Position numbers and translations under genes: made by a program | NCBI GenBank assembly: GCA_035294005.1 | Contig: DATGLT010000294.1 | Span: 2,238 to 66,237, forward strand | Source: Verrucomicrobiia bacterium | Lineage (GTDB): Bacteria > Verrucomicrobiota > Verrucomicrobiia > Limisphaerales > UBA8199 | Reading direction: 5' to 3' | Length of the DNA stretch: 64,000 nt | In this document: in pieces, positions 38,924 to 49,111 of the stretch | Numbering within the stretch: position 1 is the stretch's first letter | How the letters are laid out: every line of letters starts with the position of its first letter | The notes under the pieces: generated by a model | Database searches by the model: none | What the model saw: the letters and a program-made list of their open reading frames with translations, nothing else | What the model was told of the DNA's origin: nothing

Positions 38924-39613
38924 ATGAAGAAACAATCGGCGATAAACGACCTGGTCGGAATCATGGCGCGCCTGCGGGGTCCGAATGGCTGCCCGTGGGA
39001 CCGGGAGCAAAACCACCGTTCACTTCGGTGGCATGCGGTCGAAGAAGCGTACGAGCTGATGGACGCGATCGAATCCGCGGACGACCAGGAACTCGAAGAG
39101 GAACTGGGCGACTTGCTTCTGCAGGTGGTGTTTCACTGCCAACTTGCCAAAGAACGTCATGCATTCGACCTCGAGAAAGTCGCCCGGCGGATCTGCGACA
39201 AGCTCATTCGCAGGCATCCCCATGTTTTCGGCAATGTGCGCGTCAAGGATGTGGACCAGGTCTGGGCGAACTGGGAGAAAATCAAACGGGCCGAAAAGCA
39301 CGGAACACGGCATGCCCGGGGGTCGGTGTTGGACGGGATTCCGAAGCGTCTGCCGTCCCTCATGAAAGCCGAGAAACTCATAAAGAAAGCACGGAAGGCG
39401 GAGTTAACGCAGGCGCCCGAATCGACTGCCGTGGCTCGAGGCGAAATCGGCAAGCGGATTTTCGAGTTGGTCGTCGTGGCGCAAAAACGCGGATGGTCCG
39501 CCGAGGATCTATTGCGCGCCGAAATCAACCGGCGTGAGCGGGCCTGGCGCAAAGAAGAGCGCGTCGGACAGAAACATGCCACAGCATCCAACCTCGACAA
39601 AAAAATCAATTAA
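38924..39613 (+). CDS. mazG: Nucleoside triphosphate pyrophosphohydrolase MazG
   Basis: [32 protein letters not shown]. Confidence 0.85.
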   Translation: MKKQSAINDLVGIMARLRGPNGCPWDREQNHRSLRWHAVEEAYELMDAIESADDQELEEELGDLLLQVVFHCQLAKERHAFDLEKVARRICDKLIRRHPHVFGNVRVKDVDQVWANWEKIKRAEKHGTRHARGSVLDGIPKRLPSLMKAEKLIKKARKAELTQAPESTAVARGEIGKRIFELVVVAQKRGWSAEDLLRAEINRRERAWRKEERVGQKHATASNLDKKIN

Positions 39614-39635
39614 ACTAAGTTCCACTCCAAGAGCT

Positions 39636-40745
39636 ATGACAGATCCCCGTTACACCAAGCTGGCGCGGTTGTTGGTCGAATATTCCACAGCCCTCAAGAA
39701 GGGAGATCGGGTGTTACTGGACATGATCGATGTGCCGGACGACTTCTCCATCGAACTGATCCGGGCTGCTCGCCGCGTTGGGGCCGTGCCCCTGGTCGAG
39801 GCGCGCCACACAAGGCTTACGCGGGAAATGTTGCGCGAGACTACAGCCGAGCATGCAACCCTGGTCCGAGACATCGAACTTGCCCGGATGCGAAAAATGC
39901 AGGCGTACATAGCCATCCGAGGCAGCGCCAATGCCAACGAGAACGCAGACGTGCCCTCGGACCGGATGGGGCTCTATTCGCGCATCAACCGGCCCGTGCT
40001 CAACCAACGGGTAAACAAAACCCGCTGGTGCGTCCTGCGCTGGCCTACCCCCAGCATGGCCCAGGGCGCCGGCATGAGCACCGAAGCATTCGAGAATCTT
40101 TACTTCGATGTCTGCACCATGGACTATCGCCGAATGGCCAGGGCAATGGCCCCGCTCCACAAACGAATGACCAAGGCGGACCGTGTTCAAATCAAAGGCC
40201 CCGGCACGGACCTTTCCTTTAGCATCAAAGGGATCGGAGCAAAAATGTGCAAAGGAGATCGTAATATTCCCGACGGCGAGGTTTTCTCCTGCCCGGTGCG
40301 GAATTCGATCAACGGGACTATTCGATTCAACACTCCCACATTGTATTCGGGGACCAAGTTCGAAAACGTCGCCCTCGAATTCAAAAACGGCAAGGTCGTC
40401 GGCGCCACGTCCAACAACACCAAACGCCTCAACGAGATTCTCGACACCGACCCGGGCGCACGCTACACCGGCGAATTTTCACTCGGCTTTAATCCATTCA
40501 TTCTCAATCCAATGTGCGACATTCTTTTCGACGAAAAGATCGCCGGCTCGCTCCACCTTACCCCGGGGCAGGCTTACAAGGATTGCGACAACGGAAACCG
40601 TTCAGCGGTCCATTGGGACATGGTGCTGATTCAGCGGCCTGAATGGGGCGGCGGCGAGATTTGGTTCGACGGCGAACTCATTCGCAAGAACGGGCTTTTC
40701 GTCACCAAAGACTTGAAAGGGCTTAATCCCGCGAACCTGAAGTGA
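39636..40745 (+). CDS. Aminopeptidase, M29 (AmpS/PepS) family
   Basis: Start moved to ATG 39636. [28 protein letters not shown] resembles AmpS-type N-termini. About 369 aa. Confidence 0.7.
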   Translation: MTDPRYTKLARLLVEYSTALKKGDRVLLDMIDVPDDFSIELIRAARRVGAVPLVEARHTRLTREMLRETTAEHATLVRDIELARMRKMQAYIAIRGSANANENADVPSDRMGLYSRINRPVLNQRVNKTRWCVLRWPTPSMAQGAGMSTEAFENLYFDVCTMDYRRMARAMAPLHKRMTKADRVQIKGPGTDLSFSIKGIGAKMCKGDRNIPDGEVFSCPVRNSINGTIRFNTPTLYSGTKFENVALEFKNGKVVGATSNNTKRLNEILDTDPGARYTGEFSLGFNPFILNPMCDILFDEKIAGSLHLTPGQAYKDCDNGNRSAVHWDMVLIQRPEWGGGEIWFDGELIRKNGLFVTKDLKGLNPANLK

Positions 40746-40776
40746 CCCGCGCCGGCTGAACGCGGGCCCTGCCGCG

Positions 40777-41664
40777 CTAGTCGGTTTTTTCTTCCTTGAG
40801 AGCCGCCAGAAACTCTTTCATGGCAGGAGAAAGGACCTTGTTTTTCTTGTAGATGGCGGCCAGCGGGCGGTAGAACTCGCCGTCCTCCAGGCTCACGTGC
40901 GCAAGCGTCTGTTTGGCGATCTCCTGGAGCACGGTGCCCTTCGGCACGATGGCAACCCCCGCGTCGATTTCCACCGCGCGCTTGACCGTCTCGATATTGT
41001 CGAATTCCATCACATGCTGCACCTGGACCGAATGGTCCTTTAAAATACGGTCCAGCGCTTTTCGAGTGGGAATGTCCGGCTCGAATCCGATGAACTTTTG
41101 CCCCGAGAGCTCCTTTAAGCGCACACTCCTGGATTTTGCGAGCGAATGCTTTGGGTGGCAGATGAGCACCAGGGGATCTTTTCGCAGCGGCACGATTTCC
41201 AGTTTCGCGTCCCGGGCCGGGTAAGCCACCAACCCCAAATCGACAACGTTCCCAATCACGTCCTCATACACCTGGTTGGCGCGCCGATACTCCACGTGCA
41301 CATTGACCGTGGGGTAGTTTTTCAAAAACTTTTTTACGTACGGCGGCAGGTCGTGCAACCCAACGCTGTATATCGTCGCCACCCGAATTGTCCCGGAAAT
41401 CAGCTCCTTGATTTGCTGAAGCTTGTGGTTGAGGGCGTCAAAGGTATGGACCACCTCTTTGCTGTATTCGTAGAGCACCTGCCCCTCGCGGGTAAGCCGA
41501 AAGCGCTTCTTGCTGCGTTCGATGAGCAGCGACTTAAACAGCTTTTCCAGGGCGCTGATTTGCTGGCTCACCGCCGATTGAGTCACTTTGTTGATCTGCG
41601 CCGCCCGGGTAAAGCTTTCGGTCTCCGCCAGGTCGCAGAACACTTTGAGACTCTCGATTTGCAT
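40777..41664 (-). CDS. LysR-family transcriptional regulator
   Basis: HTH LKVFCDLAETESFTRAAQINKVTQSAVSQQISALE plus a substrate-binding domain. 295 aa. Confidence 0.9.
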   Translation of the reverse strand: MQIESLKVFCDLAETESFTRAAQINKVTQSAVSQQISALEKLFKSLLIERSKKRFRLTREGQVLYEYSKEVVHTFDALNHKLQQIKELISGTIRVATIYSVGLHDLPPYVKKFLKNYPTVNVHVEYRRANQVYEDVIGNVVDLGLVAYPARDAKLEIVPLRKDPLVLICHPKHSLAKSRSVRLKELSGQKFIGFEPDIPTRKALDRILKDHSVQVQHVMEFDNIETVKRAVEIDAGVAIVPKGTVLQEIAKQTLAHVSLEDGEFYRPLAAIYKKNKVLSPAMKEFLAALKEEKTD

Positions 41665-41874
41665 AAGCGTGATAACTACGAGAGATGAGTCAATCAGTCA
41701 ACTTATGTTTTGTAAAACTTATGGTGATGATTCAGGTTCGTTTGATTCGCCCCTGTCCCGCGGTTCAGGGTTAGGCCCGATTATCCCGAGGCTTCCCCTT
41801 TAGGCAATCTTTGGACAAACCGCACTCTCCAATTCGCAATCGAGCCGGCGAACCCGGCGGCAAAAGAGGGCTGT

Positions 41875-43365
41875 TTACCGGGCCAGCGCTTGTTTAACCT
41901 TGAGCAGGAGTTCCTGGCTCGTGAAAGGCTTTTGAAGGTAATCCGATTCGGTGTGGTGGCCCGCGGGCCAGACATAGCCGCTGGTGCAGAGGATTCGGGT
42001 GCCGGGGGAGGCCTGGTGAATATGCTCGACCAGTTCGCGGCCGCTCATGGCGGGCATGACCAGGTCGGTAATAACCAGGTCCACGGAATGTTGGGCAGCA
42101 AGAGTCTCCATAGCCTGTTTTCCGCTGCTGGCGGTCAGGACCGTGTAGCCATAAGCCGAGAGAATGGTGCGGCCCATGGTCAGCAGCAGGTCTTCGTCGT
42201 CCACCATCAGGATTGTTTCAGTGCCGCGCAGGTCGATGGCGCCGGTTCCGTTTTCTTTGAGAACGTGCCGTTCGGCGGGCAGGTAAACCCGGACCGAAGT
42301 GCCGGTGCCGGGCTGGCTTGAGACAGCGACGCCGCCACCGTGGTTCGTCACAACGCCGTAAACCCAGGCCAGCCCCAGGCCTCGATGGGCTTTCCCTTTG
42401 GTAGTGAAAAACGGTTCAAAAATCCGGGGCAAAACTTCCGCCGGGATCCCCTCGCCGTCATCGGTAATCTCGACCGAAACGTAAGCGCCGGCAGCGAGGT
42501 GGACGTTTTGATCCTGCGACGGTTCGGCCAGTTCGATGTTGCGGGTCTGGACAGTAATCCTGCCCGCACTCCCCATTGCCTGGACCGCGTTTTCCAGGAT
42601 GCGCATGAGGGCCTGTTGCAATTTGGCTTCATCAAAGCGGGCGGTGAAGGGCCGCGGTTCGAGCAGCAAACTCCATTGCACCGCCCCGGTCGAGGCTTCG
42701 TGCTGGAACAACTCGACGGCACGTTGGGTGAGAAGGTTGAGGTTGCCGGCAGCCTGTCCCCGGGGCTCCTTTTCCTGACGGCTGAACATGCCGAGGTCGT
42801 TGGCAATCTCCGCGGCCCGGGCGGCCGATTTCTCGACTTCAATCAGAGACCGCCGCCACGGGTTATTCGGTTCAATGCGGCTCAGGATCAGTGAGGTATG
42901 GCCGAGTATGCTCGTCAGGGCGTTATTGAAATCCAAAGCCACGGTCCGCGCCAATTGCAGCGCGCATTCCAGCTTTTGCTTGAGCGCAAGCCCGGTTTCG
43001 GCGGCTTCGTTTTGTTGGGGAGAGCTGGGCGCCGCTTCGGCAGGCAACTGAAGCAGAAAGAATTTTTCGCCATCTTTGGAAAAAGAGCAGATGGAAATGG
43101 CGAATGCTGTGCTGCCGCCGCCGCGCGTTCGGAGTTTTACCTGGACGGGCGAAGCAGGCGACCGTTCCCATTGCGCAAGGAACTGCTGGGGATTGGTCGC
43201 GTTTTCACTCGACCAAATGGTCGACAACAGGGGTGTGGATCCTTCCAAGGCCTGGCCGAAGAGCTTGACAGCAGCCTGATTAACTCGGCACAGGTTCGTC
43301 GAGCCGTCCAACAAGAGCGCCGGCCATCCGGCGTTCTCAAGCAGAAACACGGCACTCGACTTCAT
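41875..43365 (-). CDS. Hybrid sensor histidine kinase / response regulator (PAS-HisKA-HATPase-REC), cytoplasmic
   Basis: H-box DFNNALTSILGHTSL, GTGTSVRVYLP, receiver ILMVDDEDLLL...DLVITDLVMPAMSG. Confidence 0.85.
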   Translation of the reverse strand: MKSSAVFLLENAGWPALLLDGSTNLCRVNQAAVKLFGQALEGSTPLLSTIWSSENATNPQQFLAQWERSPASPVQVKLRTRGGGSTAFAISICSFSKDGEKFFLLQLPAEAAPSSPQQNEAAETGLALKQKLECALQLARTVALDFNNALTSILGHTSLILSRIEPNNPWRRSLIEVEKSAARAAEIANDLGMFSRQEKEPRGQAAGNLNLLTQRAVELFQHEASTGAVQWSLLLEPRPFTARFDEAKLQQALMRILENAVQAMGSAGRITVQTRNIELAEPSQDQNVHLAAGAYVSVEITDDGEGIPAEVLPRIFEPFFTTKGKAHRGLGLAWVYGVVTNHGGGVAVSSQPGTGTSVRVYLPAERHVLKENGTGAIDLRGTETILMVDDEDLLLTMGRTILSAYGYTVLTASSGKQAMETLAAQHSVDLVITDLVMPAMSGRELVEHIHQASPGTRILCTSGYVWPAGHHTESDYLQKPFTSQELLLKVKQALAR

Positions 43366-43407
43366 TTGCCAATTAGACCACCCAGCTTACCGGCAACCCA
43401 CTCATTC

Positions 43408-44244
43408 TCAATTCGAATCTTGTGAATAACGCCCGTACAGCCGCGCAAATTGAAAGAGCAACTTACGGGCCGCTTTCCTCACCATTCGCGTGGTTTCCAG
43501 TACTTCCCGGTGGGAAATGGGCCCGGACCGAATCCCGGACGCCATATTGGTGATGCAGGACAAACCGGCGACTTTCAGCCCGCATTGTCTCGCTGCGATT
43601 GCTTCCGGAACCGTGCTCATTCCAACCGCATCGGCCCCCAATTTGGCGAAAGCCCGGATTTCGGCGGGTGTCTCATAGCTGGGTCCGCTCACCCCAATAT
43701 AAACGCCGGACCACAAACGGAGCTTGGAAGAACGGGCTGCCCGCCGCAGAAGCCGGATTAGGCCAGGATCATACAACCGGCTCAGGTCCACAAAGGCCGG
43801 CAACCCGTTGGGAGTGTATCCGACCAAAGGATTCACCCCCATCAGATTGATATGATCCTCCAAAACCATAAAGTCCCCCGGCCGAAATCTTTGGTTGATG
43901 CCGCCGGCGGCGTTGGTGAGCAGCACCGACCGCACCCCGAAGGCGGCAAGTACGCGCACCGCAAAGACCACTTCGGACATCGAACGTCCTTCATAATAAT
44001 GAGAACGGCCGGCCAGGACGAGGATCGGCTCACCTGCAAGCCGGCCGAGAATCAATTCGCCAGAATGCCCGGGAACTTGCGCTCGCGGAAAGCCCGGAAT
44101 CCGGTTGTAAGGCACTTGCGCCTCGGCAACTACCTCACTGAACATTTCGGCAAAGCCGGTGCCCCCGATGACGGCCAGTTCGGGCCGCAATGACGAAAGC
44201 CGCTTTATCCAAGCCGCGCTTGCGCCCGGATCTCTTCGTTTCAT
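43408..44244 (-). CDS. Purine nucleoside phosphorylase (PNP family 2, PunA-like)
   Basis: Start moved to ATG 44244. GHSGELILGRLAGEPILVLAGRSHYYEG, LLTNAAGG, MSTVPE. Confidence 0.85.
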   Translation of the reverse strand: MKRRDPGASAAWIKRLSSLRPELAVIGGTGFAEMFSEVVAEAQVPYNRIPGFPRAQVPGHSGELILGRLAGEPILVLAGRSHYYEGRSMSEVVFAVRVLAAFGVRSVLLTNAAGGINQRFRPGDFMVLEDHINLMGVNPLVGYTPNGLPAFVDLSRLYDPGLIRLLRRAARSSKLRLWSGVYIGVSGPSYETPAEIRAFAKLGADAVGMSTVPEAIAARQCGLKVAGLSCITNMASGIRSGPISHREVLETTRMVRKAARKLLFQFARLYGRYSQDSN

Positions 44245-44399
44245 GATCTTGTCACGAGTGGTTCGTTCTGGTTCTGTGGGTTGCCTGGATTGCCTCCCGA
44301 CGCGTTCTGCTCTAGACTCAACACACGTTCCTGCAACGGTAGGATCCAGTTGAACGCACCGCCTGCCATTGACGCAACGGCCATAGAACCTTCGAGCAC

Positions 44400-45548
44400 A
44401 TGACTGTGGAATTGAGCCCGGACCAACTCCGCCGATACTCCCGGCACCTGATCCTGCCTGAAGTCGGCCTCGATGGCCAAAAAAAAATCTGCTCGACGAG
44501 TGTTCTGTGTATCGGCGCCGGCGGGCTGGGGTCGCCGCTTGTCTTGTACCTGGCCGCGGCGGGAATCGGCAAAATTGGCGTGGTTGATTTCGATCGGGTT
44601 GAACTGTCAAATTTGCAGCGCCAAATCATCCATGGCAACAGCACGGTTGGAACCCCCAAGACTCAATCCGCACGGACCAGCATTCATCGGCTGAACCCCG
44701 GCGTGGAGGTGATTCTCCATGATACGCGCCTCACCAGCGCCAACGCTCTCGAGATCATCCGCCCTTACGATATCGTAGCGGATGGCACCGATAATTTTCC
44801 GACGCGGTATTTAACGAACGACGCTTGTGTTCTGCTAAGAAAGCCGAACGTTTACGGCTCGATTTTTCGATTCGATGGTCAGGCAAGTGTTTTCGCTCCG
44901 CACCTGGGCGGCCCGTGCTATCGATGCTTGTACCCGGAACCGCCGCCGCCGGGAGCCGTGCCCAGCTGCGCCGAAGGGGGCGTGCTGGGAGTCCTCCCCG
45001 GTGTTATTGGCGTCATTCAAGCCACAGAAGTTATCAAACTGGCGCTCGGAAAGGGCAATTCTTTGTTGAACCGCCTTTTGCTCTATGACGCGCTCGAGAT
45101 GAAGTTCCGCGAGCTCAAACTCCGCCGCGATCCCCAATGTCCCATTTGCGGCGACAAACCCACAATCCAAAGCCTAATCGATTACGAAGGTTTCTGTGGT
45201 ATCCAACCCGCCTCCGATTTTATGCATCCTGATGAAGTCACAGTGCAACAACTCAAGCAAGCCCTCGACGACCCCAGCCTCGGCATCCACGTGATTGATG
45301 TGCGGGAGCCAGACGAATATCAAATCGCTCATATCGAGGGTGTGCCACTCTTCCCTTTGAGCCAGCTCTCCCAGCGATTAACGGAGCTCGATCCCCAAAG
45401 GGCCTACTACATCCATTGCAAAATGGGGGGGCGCTCCATGAAAGCCCTCGAATTCCTTCGGCAGCAAGGTTTCAAAAACCTCAAGAGCGTTTGCGGGGGA
45501 ATAACCGCGTGGTCGACCGAAATCGACCCGTCTGTGCCCAGGTACTGA
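44400..45548 (+). CDS. moeB: ThiF/MoeB-type adenylyltransferase fused to a C-terminal rhodanese domain (MoeZ/MOCS3-like)
   Basis: RYSRHLILPEVG, GAGGLGSP, CYRC...CAEGGVLG, CPICG. Rhodanese tail YYIHCKMGGRS. Confidence 0.85.
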   Translation: MTVELSPDQLRRYSRHLILPEVGLDGQKKICSTSVLCIGAGGLGSPLVLYLAAAGIGKIGVVDFDRVELSNLQRQIIHGNSTVGTPKTQSARTSIHRLNPGVEVILHDTRLTSANALEIIRPYDIVADGTDNFPTRYLTNDACVLLRKPNVYGSIFRFDGQASVFAPHLGGPCYRCLYPEPPPPGAVPSCAEGGVLGVLPGVIGVIQATEVIKLALGKGNSLLNRLLLYDALEMKFRELKLRRDPQCPICGDKPTIQSLIDYEGFCGIQPASDFMHPDEVTVQQLKQALDDPSLGIHVIDVREPDEYQIAHIEGVPLFPLSQLSQRLTELDPQRAYYIHCKMGGRSMKALEFLRQQGFKNLKSVCGGITAWSTEIDPSVPRY

Positions 45549-45556
45549 ACTCAGCC

Positions 45557-46006
45557 TCAGTGTTTCGGCCGAAGGAGAATCGCTTTTTTCTCGGTTCCTT
45601 CGACCTCGACGCTGTGTGTCTCGATGGTGGGATCGTCCTTAAGTGCCTGGTGAATGATCCGCCGGTCGAACGCGCTCAACGGCTCGAGTTCGACAACGTC
45701 GCCCCACCTGCGCACTTTCTCGGCCGCCTCTTTGGCTTTCTTGACAAGAGCTTCGCGGGCCTGGGCGCGGTACCCCCCAACGTCCACCATGATCTTGGGT
45801 GCGGACGGGTCCTGCTGAAAGAGCAGCCGGTTCGTTACGTATTGGAGATCGGCCAGCGTTTGGCCCTGGCGCCCGATCAACCTGCCCGAATCCTCGGTTT
45901 TCACATCCAGCAACACTCCATCCTCCATGTGATGCTCTTCGACTGTGGACGGGAAGCCCAGCAGTTCGAGGATTTTCTCCAGCGTGGCTTTGGGTTCGGC
46001 AGGCAT
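45557..46006 (-). CDS. jag: Jag/KhpB-type RNA-binding protein (KH + R3H)
   Basis: GRLIGRQGQTLADLQYV (KH) and FDRRIIHQALKDD (R3H). Immediately downstream of yidC. Confidence 0.8.
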   Translation of the reverse strand: MPAEPKATLEKILELLGFPSTVEEHHMEDGVLLDVKTEDSGRLIGRQGQTLADLQYVTNRLLFQQDPSAPKIMVDVGGYRAQAREALVKKAKEAAEKVRRWGDVVELEPLSAFDRRIIHQALKDDPTIETHSVEVEGTEKKAILLRPKH

Positions 46007-46050
46007 GGCAGGGTAGTTTGTAGTTGACGCGCTTCGAGTGTGACAGGCCC

Positions 46051-47841
46051 TTATTTCCTCTTTTTTTGAGGCGCCGTCAATACCGGACCTTTTGCGGCGG
46101 GAGCAGGGTCGGCCGTGGTGCGGATGAGTTTAGTCTGAACGATGCTGAGCAGGTTCTGCACCGTCCAGTAAAGCGTCAGGCCGGCGGAGTAGTTATAAAG
46201 GAAAACCAGGAACATCAACGGCATATAGCGCATGAGCTTGGCCTGGGCCTGGTCCATTCCCGGTGAGGGGGGCGTGAGATGCGCTTGCCACAGCATGGTT
46301 GCCCCCATAACCAGGGGTAGCAAATTGAAAGGGAAATTAATCCCTGGGATGATGAACAGCGTATCGGGGCTTGAAAGATCCCCGACCCAGAGGAACGGCG
46401 CCCCGCGCAATTCAATTGCTGAACGAATCATGAAAAAGAACCCAAAGAACACCGGCATCTGGATCAGGGTCGGCAAGCAACCGCTCATGGGGTTGATCTT
46501 GTGTTCTTTCCAGAATTCCATCATTTTGCGCTGAGCTTTTACGGGGTCATCTTTGTATTTTTCCTGCAACGCTTTTATCTGTGGTTGAAGCATTTGCATC
46601 CGCTTAGCCGACCGGGTGCTGGCCTGGGTGAGCGGCCAGAACACGACCTTGATGATCACCGTAATAACGATGATTGCCCAGCCGTAGGGGAGCTTCAGAG
46701 TTTGGTGCAGGGCGTTCATTCCCAGCAACAGCGCTTTTGAAAAGAACCCGAAAAACCCGCCGTACCCCATCACGGCATCAACGTTGTTGTTTAAGACGGC
46801 AGCAATGGTTGCCAGCGTCCGGTATTCTTTTGGACCGGCGAAAATCATCACCTGGTCCGTGATCGCCTGATGCGGCGCCAAAGTACGGCCCGGATAAACC
46901 AACTCGGCGGTGTAACCGACCGGTTCGCGGACGGAACGATAGGTCAACTCTTCCTCGCTCGGCTTGGGCAACGGGTTTGTGCGAACGACAACCTGGCTTG
47001 CGGGGTCGGTTTGTGGCGGCATTACGATCAAAGCGAAGAACTGGTTGTGCAACGCGACCCATTCGATGTTCGTCTGCCCGCCTCGATATTCCGCCGGCGG
47101 CACGCGGGGCATGCACGCAAAGCCTTTCGTCGAAAAGAAACTTGCGCCCACTTCCTGCGATTTAGAGCCGTTGTACCACGTGACTCCGACGGCTGAGCCG
47201 TCGTCACGCGGGCTCATCGGTGTGGCGGTGCCGGCAAACCAGCGCATCGGCGGAAGCTGCAACGGATTATCCGAGCGGTTCTCCAGGCGCACGCTCGCCT
47301 TCACGAGGTAATTGCTACTCAAATCGAAATCCTTAACCAGGCTCAGCCCATTGGTGAGCTGCTTCTCAGCGCGCAGGCCCGTTGCCGTTTGCGTCAGTTT
47401 GAAAATGCCGTCGCCTTGAACCGCGCTGCCCCCGAGAATCGCCAAAGTGGGTTCAGGTGTGAACGTGTTCAGAGTGGCGACGCGGTTTGTTTGAGACCGA
47501 TGTTGCCGCGTAGTCGATACCATTTCCGGGTATTGAAGCAACTCCACTTCCTTCAACCCGCCGCCGTAGGAACTGAAGGTGTAGTGCGCGTAGGCGTTGG
47601 TGATTTCCACCAGTTGTTCAGGCAGCGAAACGTCGCGAACTGCAGGATTCGACACAGCGGGAGCAGCTGACATCTGGGGGAGATTCGTCGAAAACGCGGC
47701 TTGATTTGTCTCCAATGCGGCAACCGAGTTTGTCAACGCCGGGGCGGGCTTTGGAGGATAAATCTTATTGTTTATCAGCCATTGCAGCGAAAAGTAGGCG
47801 ATAAAACACGCAGCGAGAATGATGATTGATTTGCGGTCCAT
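46051..47841 (-). CDS. yidC: Membrane protein insertase YidC
   Basis: N-terminal anchor, large periplasmic domain, conserved C-terminal core ...MQMLQPQIKALQEKYKDDP...GCLPTLIQMPVFFGFF... Confidence 0.95.
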   Translation of the reverse strand: MDRKSIIILAACFIAYFSLQWLINNKIYPPKPAPALTNSVAALETNQAAFSTNLPQMSAAPAVSNPAVRDVSLPEQLVEITNAYAHYTFSSYGGGLKEVELLQYPEMVSTTRQHRSQTNRVATLNTFTPEPTLAILGGSAVQGDGIFKLTQTATGLRAEKQLTNGLSLVKDFDLSSNYLVKASVRLENRSDNPLQLPPMRWFAGTATPMSPRDDGSAVGVTWYNGSKSQEVGASFFSTKGFACMPRVPPAEYRGGQTNIEWVALHNQFFALIVMPPQTDPASQVVVRTNPLPKPSEEELTYRSVREPVGYTAELVYPGRTLAPHQAITDQVMIFAGPKEYRTLATIAAVLNNNVDAVMGYGGFFGFFSKALLLGMNALHQTLKLPYGWAIIVITVIIKVVFWPLTQASTRSAKRMQMLQPQIKALQEKYKDDPVKAQRKMMEFWKEHKINPMSGCLPTLIQMPVFFGFFFMIRSAIELRGAPFLWVGDLSSPDTLFIIPGINFPFNLLPLVMGATMLWQAHLTPPSPGMDQAQAKLMRYMPLMFLVFLYNYSAGLTLYWTVQNLLSIVQTKLIRTTADPAPAAKGPVLTAPQKKRK

Positions 47842-47847
47842 TTAAAG

Positions 47848-48114
47848 TCAGGCGACAACGGGCTTTGCGGAGTGTGCGGGAGGCACAGGATCATGACCGC
47901 AACCGCCCCACGGATGGCACCGGCCGATCCGTTTGAGGGCAAGCAACGTCCCGCGCAGAGCACCGTGCACTGTTATAGCCTCAAGCGCATAAGCCGAGCA
48001 GCTTGGGACATAGCGACAGTGACTAAACGACCCAAACAGAGCCGCCTTCAGAGGAGAAAGCGCCAGGCGATATGCCCGAATCGCTGAAATCAAGATGTGT
48101 TGCGCCAAATTCAC
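47848..48114 (-). CDS. yidD: Membrane protein insertion efficiency factor YidD
   Basis: [17 protein letters not shown]...[17 protein letters not shown]. Its GTG start overlaps the rnpA stop by 4 nt. Confidence 0.9.
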   Translation of the reverse strand: MNLAQHILISAIRAYRLALSPLKAALFGSFSHCRYVPSCSAYALEAITVHGALRGTLLALKRIGRCHPWGGCGHDPVPPAHSAKPVVA

Positions 48115-48494
48115 GTCCCAGAAGGCCCTTTCAACAATCCTGCTTTCGACAGAGATGTCAAAAAATCCTGTTCAACCTCGAAAAAACTTTTATTAACGAT
48201 CGATGGACGAGCTACTAACACCAGATCGACCGGATGCGCAATACGGCTTTGGTGCTGTCGAAAACTCTCGCGCAGGAGCCGCCGTGCCCGATTCCTGACA
48301 ACAGCTCCTCCAATGCGACTGGAGGTGATGACACCCACCCGAGAGGTTTTGCCAGGGCCGAGGGACATCCAGTTGGCAATGAGACAACCGCATGTCAACC
48401 GCTTGCCTTCGGCGCGCAGCCGGGTAAAATCGCGGGCCTGCTTGATTCGAGCAGATCGACCGAATCGGAAACGGCCTGAAGACTGGGCGGTCAT
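48111..48494 (-). CDS. rnpA: Ribonuclease P protein component
   Basis: Start moved to ATG 48494. ...[15 protein letters not shown]... Located 17 nt downstream of rpmH. Confidence 0.85.
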   Translation of the reverse strand: MTAQSSGRFRFGRSARIKQARDFTRLRAEGKRLTCGCLIANWMSLGPGKTSRVGVITSSRIGGAVVRNRARRLLRESFRQHQSRIAHPVDLVLVARPSIVNKSFFEVEQDFLTSLSKAGLLKGPSGT

Positions 48495-48511
48495 GACCGC
48501 GCCGGTCCCCC

Positions 48512-48649
48512 TCAGACAGGCGTCAACCGCTTTCGCCCAACGCGCCGGCGATTGCGCAAAATGGCTTTGCCGCTCTTGCTCGAATTCCGGTTGAGGAAGC
48601 CGTGTTGCCGTTTGCGGCGGATTTTCGACGGTTGATATTGTCTCTTCAT
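48512..48649 (-). CDS. rpmH: 50S ribosomal protein L34
   Basis: Hand translation of the minus strand gives [45 protein letters not shown], then stop (45 aa). It is below the 60-aa cut-off of the ORF track. Confidence 0.9.
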   Translation of the reverse strand: MKRQYQPSKIRRKRQHGFLNRNSSKSGKAILRNRRRVGRKRLTPV

Positions 48650-49111
48650 AACAGTTCAAAGCTGGCCCGCGCGGTTGTTTCCACATGACGCAGTGTCAGG
48701 AACCACCCCGAAAACGGAACGCGAGAGCATATCAACCAAGTCAAAAGTGTCAAGCTGCTGCGAACTTCGAAAAAACCCCAAAACTTCACCGTTTTTTGGT
48801 TCTTACAGCAAAGTCGCAAACCCTGGTTTTCCTGGGGAGAAATGAGCCGCAAAAAGCCTGGATCCGGATTCTATTCTCCTTGCCTATTTGCGGCCTCAGT
48901 GGGATAGTCAAGTTATGTAGCCCACGCCGCGAGTCTCTTGCGTTGCAATTCAACGGACGGTGTGTGGAGAGTGCAATCCGGTAAACCGGTATGAATCGCC
49001 ACTTCTCATTTGGCGGTAACAAGGTGAAACCGTGCGACGTTCGCCAGGCTAATTCTCGGGATTCTCTTCAGCAGCTTTCCTGGTCGTGAACCCAATTGGA
49101 GTGAGGCAAAA

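Noticed and set aside
41665-41874. Direct repeat GTCAA-tca-GTCAA and an AT-rich stretch upstream of the LysR gene, considered as a possible LysR T-N11-A operator
   Set aside because: I could not find a convincing dyad, and there is no divergent target gene (the upstream neighbour is co-oriented). Too weak to call.
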